Positions 14,551-26,897 of a stretch of DNA of 64,000 nucleotides are shown in pieces. This stretch comes from Ophelia neglecta (Eukaryota): assembly GCA_965285935.1 (NCBI GenBank), contig OZ260665.1, positions 42,098,001 to 42,162,000 on the forward strand. The letters are read 5' to 3'. The notes under the pieces were generated by a model, which saw only the letters and a program-made list of their open reading frames with translations, had not been told where the DNA came from and ran no database searches. Each line of letters starts with the position of its first letter. Position 1 is the first letter of the stretch. A program made the translations under genes and the position numbers.

Positions 14551-16956
14551 GGCTGGATCACTTGGACCCAGAATGGAAGCATATAGGGAAGTTTATCTTT
14601 GGCATTTTATAGGGTTCTTATATTTGACCAAGGATAAATAGAAAAATCAATATTTCATATCCGCCTTTACTTTAACAACATCATTGCATCTTATAATTTT
14701 TTTTAGAAGTGAGAGTTGAATCAGCCATTTTCTCTGTGCTGTCTAGCCACCAGTTGCATAGCTTTCACGGCTAGCTGATGCTTTATGGGTCAGTTTGTGA
14801 GGCTAATTTCGTTGCATTTGGACAGCAGATATATGATGATGTGAAACTAGTTGTTAGCTTCCCCATGGGAGTAATTCCATGGGTATCTTGGGCAGGCCAG
14901 ACGCTGTGGAATAACAAAAGGGGCTGGTGTTGTAATTAAGAAACATCAAAAACATATTTAGTTGCCATGGCAAATGAGCCTTTATAGTTTGTTTATAACT
15001 CAATAACTTGTACAACTGTTGGTTCCAGGCGGGGGAAATTTCACAGGATTCCCCTGTCTAGTTATAAGATGAATGTTCGAACTAGTATAGAATAGCAAGA
15101 GCTGCAACAGGATGCTGCATCGCCATCTTAAAAAAGAAATACAGGATACAATGCCTCGTACAGTTTAATTACAGTTGCTGACCACTACGTCGAGCCAACA
15201 TGCTAGTATGATTTATAGCCTTGAAAGAGCATAATGGACTTAGTTACATTCATTTGTTTTCATTGGGTGTGACAGTCTTTTCTTCTTCAAAAATGTCCTT
15301 CTGCCTAAGAGTCTGACTACATGGCAACCAATACTTTTGCCACTTTGTCATCACAGAAAACCGTTCTTATCACTGGCTAGATCTGACAGTCGTACCGGCT
15401 ATCAAATGAACTAAATGGATATCTTCTATCACTCCTGCTTATCCGTGTAGCAGAGTCTGTACTACTTTACATTAATAACTTTGCCTTTAAGCAAAACATT
15501 TTCCACTGATGTAGTGCATGTGTGCCATAACGTATTACTTTCACCACAGATTAATTCAATAACTGTCGTAATTCCGACAAATGGGTTCCTTGAACCCTAG
15601 TATGTATTGGCCTTTCTGTACGGTTAAATGTATGAAGAGACAGATGAATTAACATACATGGGGCTGTACATTCAAGCAGAAACCCAACCACATTACGTGC
15701 TGTCTTGCCTAACGATCCGTGTAACACTTCATCCTCTTTGGGGCCCAGACCAATATCCTTTAGAAGTGCCATCTTTCAACTCGAACTGAGGCAAATGGCT
15801 TTTAGTGATTAAACCGGTCTATTGTTCTACGTTTACGATAAGAATATATGTTTAGCAGACATTCGAACTCTTACTGTTTAATTGAATTTTCATTACTACG
15901 GCTGTTAAGGTAAAATACGCCTCTATTAAAGATCGATTATTAAATGTGTTACAACGACATGTGCGTCACGAGAACCGTCATACCAGCGTCACCCGCAAAT
16001 TATCACGCATTTCTAGAAATGTGTGCTTGCAATTTGGTGTGGCTCATACGGGATGTAACTTCATTTAATATTCACCGAGATGCCCAGCGGCATACTTACG
16101 AACCATTGTAATTGCATTTAGCAGAAAGCAACATCTTTGGGAAGCAGGTGTCCCGCCTAATATGGCGCAATTTATATATATAACTCGACTGCAGCTGCCG
16201 TTTATTCAAATACGCACCATATTATCTAGCCGCTAACAACAACGTACATTTATTGGGGGGGGGGGGGGGGGGGGGACGGACAAAATTGATATTAAAACAA
16301 GAACAATGTGTAAAGTGGCTGTAACGGGGAAACGTCGCCCTACACCATACGTGAAATAAAGCATGACCCACCTCCAGCATGTCGGAAACACTGATTTAAA
16401 GAACAAAACGACTTAAAATTGAAGTTCATAGTCTTAATACTTCATAAACTTTAGTTATATTAAATTCAAGAAGCCAACTGCCGAATGCTTATGTGATAAC
16501 TTTAAACATAGTGTATAGCTATAATAATAATTTTAAAAGTTATTTATTGCATTGAAAATATGTATTCTATTACAAGATCAGACATAATTCACATATAATT
16601 AGTTACAACACAAATACTGGTAACAGTTATATGTGTATCATACGACCAATGAGGACTGGACGCCAAATGGGACAAGGGCCTGTGCTCCCTCACGCAAGAA
16701 AAAGTCGAAAAGTAACATATGGGAACACAACATTGCAGGTGCGAAAAAAAGACTGACTTTAAACAAAACTGACATGAAATATAAGGTTAGAATTGGTCAT
16801 CCTAGCCAAATGTAGCCTAACGATGAACACCACACAATCATAACAATTCCGTTTTCTAGATGACCTTTTGTATCATTCAAAAACGATATTGCTGTACTTT
16901 ATCGTTTCTAGAGTTACATGTTAATGAATTACAAACATGTACGAGGGGATTGGTGT

Positions 16957-19353
16957 CTACGTGACTGCCTCAGGCACTGCACGTACTTCCGCATTTTCAT
17001 CGAACTGGCCTAGCTGGCACACACTGACGTTTTTGCCGAGGTTGGTCACAGATTCGTGGTTACTCGAGCTCACTTCGGGGATGTCAGCAAATTCCGGAGA
17101 GTCACGACTAAACTGTCGTAGTTTAGTCGAGGACCGAGTAGAGGTTTCGGAGCTGTGGACCGGGCGGGACGATGGCAGGGAGGAATGAGGGGTGATGAGA
17201 GAGGGGTTGGGAGACGGTTGTCCATAAGATATCGAGCTGTGATCTTTACATCGAGAACCAGCCAGAGCAATGTCCGAATCACAAAACTGTCCGGAATGTC
17301 CCCACAAGAAAGTTCCTTGTCTGTATGTTTGCAGGGCAGGTCCGTCGGGGGTGAGGTAATCTCGAGTATTGGCTAGGTGTTTTGGGCCAGTAACCTGGGG
17401 GCCGTTTGGTGCCTGTTGTTCATCAGCAATCCGTCTCGTTTGAAAACGGCAGCGTAGAGCTTTAACAAATAAGCGGCGATATTTCCTCTTTAGTGCAACA
17501 TACACTAAAGGGTGGTAAACAGAACTAGAAGTTGCTATTAAAGTAGCAATCATTAGCCATTCAGAAGGTAATGTTTCAGTGAAGGAAGCCACAGAAGTTA
17601 GGATTACGAAAGGCAGCCAACTCAACGTGGATATTACGACTAAAAGCACCATCATGAATGTCATATGCTTGTGCCTGGAATTGGCTGGTTTCTTGATTTT
17701 TAATTGATCGGTCTGTTCTGCAAAGCTCATATTACTTCTAAGAGTAAGTTTACTATCTGCAGGCGCAGATTTTGAAAAAGAACTACTTTTATAACTGCCA
17801 GTAGTGATTGTAGAAACACGAGAGACTCGCTTTGCCGTATTATTGATGGCTAATGACCGACTGTAACGTATTGTCCTTTCCACTCGCTCAACCCGTTTGC
17901 AGACGAGACAGTAGCATACTGCTTTTATACACAATGGCGTCAATATTCCAGTTGCACAGAATACATTTGAGTAAGAGGAATGAATATCAGTTCTCGAATG
18001 CCAATAGAGAGCACATGTTAGGGTTTTGTTATCCAGCCTGAAAGAAGACCAACCACACAAGGGAGCCAAGGCCCATAGAAAAGCTACTGACCATGCCACT
18101 GCCACTGAGCGCAACATCCGGGCTTTGGTTGGTCCCTTATATGTCTGGTTAGGATGCAGAACATCACATCTGAAACAGTGAACAAATAACCGATAATGAA
18201 ATAGATATTCCAAAAATCAAGTTAACCTTTACTCAATGAATAATTACTTTACTGAAAATAACAAAAACTTAATTCCGTATAAGAGTTTGGTTGTTGATAT
18301 GTCAAACTAGAATGTTTGAAGGGCATAAAATAGGGTTAGCCAATTTGTTATATCAAAAACGAAAGCATATCCATCTATGCCGGATTCAATCTTGAGGCCG
18401 CTAGGCAAATTATACCAACAACGTTAACACAACTACATTTTCTGGTGAAAACACAGGTAAAAAATAATCATTTAATCGACAGAATTCTGTTGATTTCTCT
18501 TATCATTCTATCAGTGCAGTAAATTGTTAAGCTTAAAAACATATTGGCCTGCTATTACTGAAAATTAAGGGTTGCTTTGACCACATTGGTAGTTTGTTAA
18601 AAATAGCGAATAAAGCATAATTTCATCATATCTCTTTCCGCTTCCTTTCAGTGTCACGCATTAACCCCACATACATCATAAATTTGAAGTAAGCAGCATT
18701 TTTAATCTACATTCAATCAGTGTATTTGCGAAAGCACTGCTGCAGGAAACAGCCACTCAAGTTGTATTCGTTGGATAAGTTCAATGGATCGGAAAGTTAT
18801 GCATTGCTTACCTTTCCATTGCTATTGCCGTTGTTGTATTAAGAGCAGCAGATCCATAAAGGATAAAAGAAAATCCGTACCATCTGCAGCCTCCCCCTTG
18901 AAGAGGCCATTCTCCCACCAACATTGCCATCAAGAACATCGGCAAAGAAGTGGTAGAGTTGAGGAAGTCAACCACGGAGAGGTTGATGAGAAGGTAGTTC
19001 AATGGTGACCTGGCCAATCCATTCTTAATAAACATCATAAGGGTAACGGTATTAAGGTATGACGCAGTAATTATTATGAGAAAGATTAGTAGTATTAGTA
19101 AGTGTCTCACGGGCGACAATATGTCACTATGAAAGAATTCCTCGTCATCAATTTCCGTTGTCCAGTTGATATGTATTTCTGTCGAGCCATTGAAAGTGGT
19201 CCACACTGGAGACAGTGTTGCATTGTGGCATATTCCCTTGGTACCGACTTCCTGAGTCCAGTTAAAAGACATCCCACTGGTGGCAGTAGGCATCTTACGC
19301 ACGGATGTAACTTTGTCAATAAGGCCACTTTGAAACGCTGCTTTATCTTCCAT
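16957..19353 (-). CDS. Opsin-like class A (rhodopsin family) GPCR lacking Lys296, 584 aa, 2 coding exons
   Basis: Exons 19353-18812 and 18169-16957, joined by a phase-2 GT-AG intron inside E-R|-C. Seven hydrophobic segments. Motifs parallel bovine rhodopsin: SPLNYLLINLSVVDFL (TPLNYILLNLAVADLF), GCRWYGF, PLCGWSSFRLDNKTLTC, SWLPF, and ATLIATSSSVYHPLVY with T at the K296 position (codon 17530-17532). Confidence 0.9.
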
Positions 19354-20410
19354 TCCTTTCTTGTTCAGTTAATGGAACACTGTATAGAGGTATTTTCTGT
19401 CAGTCAATAAGAACTGTTCTCGGGGGAAGTATTGGTCACTTTGAATTTGCGGTATATGAAACCTTTGCTTGCACGATCATTAAAGTGCTGTAATCTATCA
19501 CTTCCCGTTGTATGACGCCAGTTTATTGACTTATTGGACAAAATTCCTTTACTATAAACATTGATCAGTAAATGGACAGATAATACCTGGGCACATGCTT
19601 GCGGCGAATTGAAGTAATTGCTGGCGTGATTCCTTGGAATATCGCCGCATTCAACTAGCCTAATAAATATACTGGATGCATCAAGTTCATAAATCAATAG
19701 ATATAGACTTCACATCAATGACAGAGATGTGTTTAACGTATCGCTAATGGTTCCTTAAAGATACGGCAGCAGATTCTATTTTCATGCTCTGCCCTACGGA
19801 AGCTACCAGCAGCTGGTGATGCCATTCAAAATATGACGCAGCTTGAGCACCCTGGAGGTTTGTTTCATGGGAAACTAATGAATGATCTCTTAAGTGTGCC
19901 TCCCATAGCAACCTGTATATAAGTTCCAACAGCAAGAGTATCATATATGCGTCCACAAGCAAACAATTCTTCGGGCAAATCCACGTATATCTTCTCAACA
20001 ATATATTGCTTTCTCCTGCTTCTTGCTAACAAAGAACATTAAAGAGCCAAAGTAATAGTCTTGGGTGACAACCGCCAAGAGAGATTTTGTATCAAACGGA
20101 TTAACAGGAAGTGTCCGATATTAATACACTAAACCAGACAATTATGATTTAATGATTAAAGTCAAACTTGACACAGTTGCACTCCAGGTCATGGACGGAA
20201 ATGGATACTGTAATCTCTTTAATTGTTACTCCATCTTATAATTATATATTCGGCAAGTGACATTGTTGAACAGCAACCGTCGACCTTGGGGAGTACCACT
20301 CTTCATAAGATGATTATGGATAGAAGCAATTCATAAGTTTAAAGAAAATGCACAGCAAGGCTCCAATTGCATTTGAATGATTCACCTTAATATGGTTCAA
20401 ACGTCAAGCT

Positions 20411-22559
20411 ATGATGGCCGATATTAGCAACAACACAACTGTGACCGTTATGAGGAATGAGTCCATGATGGCAGAGGAACAAGCCAACGTCTCCCAGACT
20501 GGGCGCCTTGGAGTGGCTGAAAACGATGTGACCTCTTCTCTTGTGAATATTACGAAATTAGAAAGTACATTCTCATCTAATTGGACTAAATCACCTGTGA
20601 CAAACAATACGGATATTTTCAATTTTACTTTGAGCAGCCTGGATTCTGTTCCTCGTGATAAAAACGAAACATCGCCTGTGACACAGTCCGTAGCACCAGA
20701 AAAAAACGTGTCAATCGTCAATTCTACCCTCGACGACAGCCCCTTACTTTATTATTCGTATGAATTCTCTCTCTTCCTGTTCTTTTTGATCTTAGTAGGG
20801 CTCACCTTAAACCTGTTTTTCATCAGGTTTCTTCGATCGTCAAGAGTGTTGCTTACAGTCAAAGGAACGTTCTGGTACAGCATCACCGTGACCAACCTTC
20901 TTCTATCTGGGGAAGTTTCCGTTATATTATTCGTCGCTCTTTCGAGAAAAGACTGGCCAATGCAAGACGCGGGATGTGAGGTTTTCTTTGTATCTCTTCT
21001 GTGCCTGACAGCTTTTCTTAATAACTCAATCGCTGTAATTGCCATTGAAAGGTAAGTGTTGTCAGATATTAGATTGATGTGGCCTATATCTCATATATGC
21101 AATTCAATATCGGGTTTTATAGAATTCATCTTATTATAGTCAGCCTTGAGATTCCATTTTAGTGTATTAAATTCTGTTCTTATTGATCCTAGTATTCTCG
21201 TTATAGTGCACTTTTGCCCCCCTTCATTAGATATGTTAATTCAGTATTATAAATTGTGTATACTAGTTTAAAAGACAGTTCTTAATTTTGGTCAATTTAA
21301 TATTTAGGTGTGTTTTCATTCACAAGAAATCCAAAGAAGTAAGCAACAATGCTTCCCTCAAGCGTCACTCCCTGTATATTGATCACTCCTATAAGAAGTA
21401 TGCTGCTTGTATTCTGATTGGAGCATGTGGCTGGGCATTGATTCTTGGCCTGCCGCCCATCATCGGGTGGTCTAGCACTCAGTTGGATCAAAAGAGGCTC
21501 TCTTGCCAACTCATCTCGGGGACGCTGGATGGCACACTTCCTTCATATCATATTTTCTTCATCTGCGGGGGCATCGTGCTGCCATGCATGGTGGTTTTGA
21601 TGGTGTATTTGAAACACAGACACACCGTCAAAATAATCATCGGTCAATTACAAAACAACAGACACAGGAGTTCGGTAGTAAAGCTGGCGATGAGAGTTAC
21701 GAGGGCTTCAACGACAAGCGGGCCAAGACAGAGCATCTCATCTTTGTCTTCGGTAATCATCAGAGACACAAACAATTTTATCAGACAGCCACTATCTGTA
21801 GAAATCCAAATGGAGAAACGATATATCAAATACCAAGCCATCTGGGGGATAAGCTGCATTTTGGCCTCTTTGCCCTATATTTTGGTATCATTATCTAATA
21901 CGTCGATACCCTCTTTGCCACCAGAGAGCGTCACAATCGCTTCACTCGTATACCTATGCAATCCGGTAGCTGTCCCAATTCTAATCATCTGTCTCAATGA
22001 CACACTGAGGGTAGACTTTCGCAGGTTTCTTACGGCAACTCTTTGCTTCATATCAGAGGATTTTGTGCCCACAGCGGTGGTAGCGCCTCAGGCTTACCGG
22101 TCAGGATCTAAGGACAGAAGAGACTCGGTGATCTCCAAAAAGTCAGGCGGGTCAGTGGGAGAAGAACTGAAGCAGAAAGTAGAGCGTCGACGGAGTCAGA
22201 TCGCTACGCATTGCAGTCAACCAACTTATTATGATGGGCCTGCCCTGACGCCAATCATTGAGAGACCTAGCACCTCTAACTATTCACCGAGTCCAATGAC
22301 CAGTCCCATCACCTACGGCAGCAGAATGGCACCGGAAACACTAGGACGAAAGGAAGGCATTGTAGTACGACCGTGCCCAGGAGAACTTCGTCTTGAGGAG
22401 AACGGAGAACTAACGAAGACTGAGAGCCCAGTCTCGGAAAATCCGGCAGAGTCATCAGCCACCCGAGGTCGTGTGCCCACGGGCGGCTTGAGGACTCATC
22501 CGCTACAAGTCCAATCGAGCGGCGAAAGTGACACTGGCGAACTACCCAAAATAACATGA
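20411..22559 (+). CDS. Divergent opsin-like class A GPCR paralogue, 630 aa, 2 coding exons
   Basis: Exons 20411-21051 and 21308-22559, with a phase-2 intron (AG|GTAAGT...TTTAG|G) in E-R|-C at the same position as in the neighbouring receptor. It has an N-terminus rich in N-glycosylation sequons, WPMQDAGC before TM3, LPPIIGWSSTQLDQKRLSC in TM4/ECL2, seven hydrophobic segments and a long Ser/Pro-rich tail. Confidence 0.88.
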
Positions 22560-22821
22560 ACATCCTCCAACAGCTGAGCATATCGATAGGAAACAGAAAT
22601 TGGTAAAAAAATATAATTACCCATTAAGGTGCCGAGCTTCTGGCCATTAAAGGACCGAAGGCGTGATTTATATATATATATAAAAGAATAAATGAACGAA
22701 TCCAAGTGCTGCTACGATCAATGTAAGTTACTAATATGCTACAGAAAACAAAAGCTTTTTGCTGAAGTATGCTTATATAAACCTGAACCGGCAGTGTAGA
22801 TATATTTTATTTTGGTTCGCA

Positions 22822-22857
22822 GGAATACACTGACTCGTGGAATACACTGACTCGTGG
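22822..22857. repeat. Perfect 17-bp tandem duplication (GGAATACACTGACTCGT x2)
   Basis: Copies at 22822-22838 and 22839-22855, in the probable 3' UTR of the plus-strand GPCR. Confidence 0.9.
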
Positions 22858-25800
22858 TAGCTGATTTATTGTAATAGTTGATAAAGTTTGAGTCTAGAGA
22901 ACACCCGACTCATGAATTGTGGTTATTCATTCATTTATTTGGTAAAAATCTCGCACGTAAATAATGTATTCCTATAATTAGTGTTTATTGTGAAAACTAT
23001 GTTTGCCCCGCTTTATATTGTGAAATCACTAATTGTAAAAAAATATTATTATTGTTATGTGTAGTTCTGTTAAGTTTTTGATAAATAGGTCTATATTTGA
23101 ACAAATTAACTAATGTTACTGCTATGCCTATATAGGCTTATGAAACATGCTGGTTATTTCTGGACACTAGACCCAAGCCTTGTGTCTTGTAATATGTTGT
23201 CTTACTAAGGATTGTTGTAGCAGTCTAAATGCGCATTAGGCTTATGCATTTGACGAAATGATCAATTAAACTATAAGGAGTAGTAGCCTATGTATTACGT
23301 ACAGAAATCCGTATAACAATGAAAACGTTTATGCACACGTTTCTTCAAACTCAACCCTCATATTTACATCTATTATCGTATTCTTAATCAAGAGTATTTC
23401 TTTGTCCTTCCTAAAGATTGTTAATTGCCAAGTCAGTGTATGCTTTGAATTAGATATATATATATTGTAAATGATCATATCTAGTCAAGTTCCATAATGT
23501 TTAGATATTTAACTTGTTTTATACCTGCTTTGATCCAAATAAGATAGAATGATATACACAAAGGCTTTCCAATATTCTTTAACAAACTTTGGGTAAAACA
23601 TGTATTAATCAAACAATGATTCGCTATACTTCGAGTCAAATTGAAAACGTTTGTCACTTACAGTTTTTCAAGTTAGTGCTTAACAAAATTTGACAATAGT
23701 ATGTGTTATCACCTTTATCGGGATGGAAGATATAAAGGTTCTAAATGTCCGCAGATAATGTGTTTCAGTAAACGAAAGTATAGGTTGAATAAACAAATCA
23801 TTCTCTGTATGGTTGCATGTTTCAAAGCATTACCTGCAAATATTTATGAACAGTCGTTTTTTCTCCCTATAAATCAACGCCTTCATCTCCAGCTAAATTT
23901 CTATGTACTCTAACTGTATATAAAATAAATTTCGATATAGCAATGCACTCGTGCCGTGAACAACCCATTCTGGAATTAAGGTAAACAGGGGGTCGATTTT
24001 TTTGGGGAAACTTCAAAGTCCTAATTGATGTTATTGCCTAATCAAAAAGGGCTAAATTTTACATCTTATGCATATAGAGCCAATGTACTACATACATATG
24101 TACGAACACTTTAGTAGAATGAATAAAACCATTCACAATCTTTTCGCCACACCCTCTTTCCATTCTGTAGTTTCGGCTTAATAACTAGCATCTTTTATGG
24201 AATAAATCATCAAGGTTAGTTAGCTGGTCAGGTGAGATCTTTCAGTGAGTCTCGGAGTATTTTAATGTCATCTTGCAATGCACTTTAATTTTGGTAATCA
24301 ATTACAAAAGTGACAGTGCCACTTCGTTTTTCAATACAGATTGACTAAAAAATTTATGTAACAAGTTTCACAGTTCTTTCGTACATGCGTTTTGTCTATT
24401 GCCTTGTGATTGCTGCAAACTTTTAAATATATTATTTTCAAATTGTAGCTTTGTTTGAATCAATTCAACGCCTTATTTCAGTTCTCTGGTCTTTTCCACA
24501 TATAACTAAAGCCATGTCTTGGAGTTGAATCTGATTGCCTAACCTTCCCTTCTGTCGTTTGTAACTACCAAATACCTTATCACAATAACTTCATGTTTCA
24601 CAACTATTACATGTATTCACAGTTTATGAAGCCCACACTCTTTCCTATAAGTTGCTTTGATTATGACAAAACCTTACATTCCTCTATCCTGGACACCTTT
24701 ATATCACTATATCATAGTTAAAGATACCTGGCAGAAAAACTCGAAAAAGACAAAATAAAAACCAGAGATAAGTAAGCGGCAAATAAATAAAAACGGTGAA
24801 ACTATATTTATATTCCAACTTTCCCTACTCTCATAAACATCCGTTAATTAATGTGTGTTTGGTCTATTGGGCTACTATGGTTACCTTTCAGTTATAATCC
24901 ATTATAAAATGTCGTGTTTTATAGCTTAAAACTTTATGCTCTCCGTGGCATCATTTTAAAGATAAATTTGTTGGGAGGGTTTCCTTCCATTACACACTCC
25001 GACGCATTTACATACATAAACTAGACCTAAAAGCGTTGCATTGATCACATAATATTCTCGATTTCTTTATTCAAATATAAATGCGGGAGAAATCCATACA
25101 TAAATGCGGGAGAAAAAGCGGGAATAAGTTATAAACCGGGAGAACTGGAGAACTCTTTTGGCAGGAGATACTTATATAAACCAAGAAACTCTCAGTGAAA
25201 GTAGGCGGGTTGACGGTTGTTGGTTGGATGTGCTTCACCCTGCTATGAAGCAAATCCACGCGAACTTGAATCCATTATAGACTGGGGGAAACAACAGGGT
25301 AGCCATACTGTTTATATGGTTTATATTATCATTCTATGCAGATTTAAGTGCGCGTGGCAAAATTCTGCGGGCATCCTCGAAGCCGTACAGAGTGCAGCTT
25401 ACTGTAGTCATTCTCGCCAAATCTCGCGTGAATTGGTGCGAAATAATCGTATTCCGCAGCTATCGCTAATAATGTACAAGGGGACAATTGTAAGAACAGA
25501 TATAGTCATACACAAACCGACTAGACGCTGACCGTAATTTATTTCGTTTCGTGATTTAAACTTCTTTGTATAGGGTTATAAAAGAGTAACATTAAAGTAA
25601 ACACATTGCGCAGCAGCTTGCTAGACTGTGTATTTATGATTAAGGATATACAGGACCAAGTACAAAGGGGAAGGAATGAGACGGGACTTGTATTGTAAGG
25701 AGGCATGACTTGTATATCTGCACGTAGGCCTAAGCTTTGTGTGCAAAGTTCAAGAGACCGAGAATCTGAACAATTGAAGTCAACAAGTTCTGATGTGGCA

Positions 25801-26897
25801 AACTCAACATAAATTCTGTTCCTATTAAGTGAACTGAATTTATATATAACGAATTTGACATATTTCATTCATTATAAATTGAATGACAGTATTAATAACT
25901 TATACTCCGCTTACATTATGGTTACATTTTCGGTTCTTACAATCTATAAGATAGCCCCTCCTTTTTATTAGATGCTATAATGTAGAACCCATTATTGTGA
26001 AGTTTTATAAAAAAACAAAAACAATTTTTGACTTGTAATTTCCTTATCGAAGGCATTTTCCGCTACGCAAGCCGTTTTCCCAACGCCATAATTAAGACCA
26101 TCATTTTTAATACGATGTTACACTCTTTGTGGTAGGGTTTTGAACAGAGACATTGCTGTAAGATTGAACCGAAGTTCGTGTTTCCTGTGGTTCACCTATA
26201 TTCCTGAATAGTGGCCAGAGGCCCCTAGACCTATAGAGTCTTCGTTTGAAAAATCTGTTACGTCAAAGGACTTATTAAGTTCGAGTTCGCGGGAGAAAGA
26301 CCGATAATGCTATTTCGTTTTGTTTTTGTAGAATTTATTTCAAACCATACATATTTTATTCATTAATAATGCTGTTAATTTATACGGTGTTCAAAAAGAA
26401 TAAAAAATAAACCTACGCTCTATTTCAACGCATAGCCAAGGCCTCACCAACTGATTGTTGCTCACCATATCGAAATGCATGTTTACATGAATAATCAACT
26501 TACTCAAACTATGCATTAAACCCCTTATGGCGATTTTTAAAAATTGAATAATACTGTACTGGTCCGCGCGTGTTTAAATATATATAAATGATACTAGGGT
26601 TATAGAATAATCTTAATCAACCAAATTTAACGCACTCTACTCATTTTAATGTTTGAGAGCCCCATAGGTTAGAACCGCTGACATTGTGGGCCGATGCCTG
26701 GCTCCGCCCTGAGCAGGACCCGCTGACAGAGAGAAAGGGACTCCTGGTACAAACCAGGTTCAACTTGACTCGCTCGAAACAGGATGAAAAACTGGAGTCT
26801 ATTGTTTCTGATCGTAACACGATAAAAAGAGATTTTAAGAGCATATCCTCGAAACTTTGTCACTCCCGGTTGTATTGATAAAAACTTGGTTAATATC

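Noticed and set aside
4000-16900. Numerous 60-100 aa ORFs in the gene-poor interval
   Set aside because: No motifs, no consistent exon chain, and lengths as expected by chance.
18170-18213. N-terminal extension MEYLFHYRLFVHCF of the 418-aa ORF (and likewise MVNLIF at 21288)
   Set aside because: These are intronic sequence upstream of the splice acceptors; the true exons begin at 18169 and 21308.
16957-19353. Calling receptor 1 a functional photopigment
   Set aside because: The K296 position is Thr, so no canonical Schiff-base linkage is possible.
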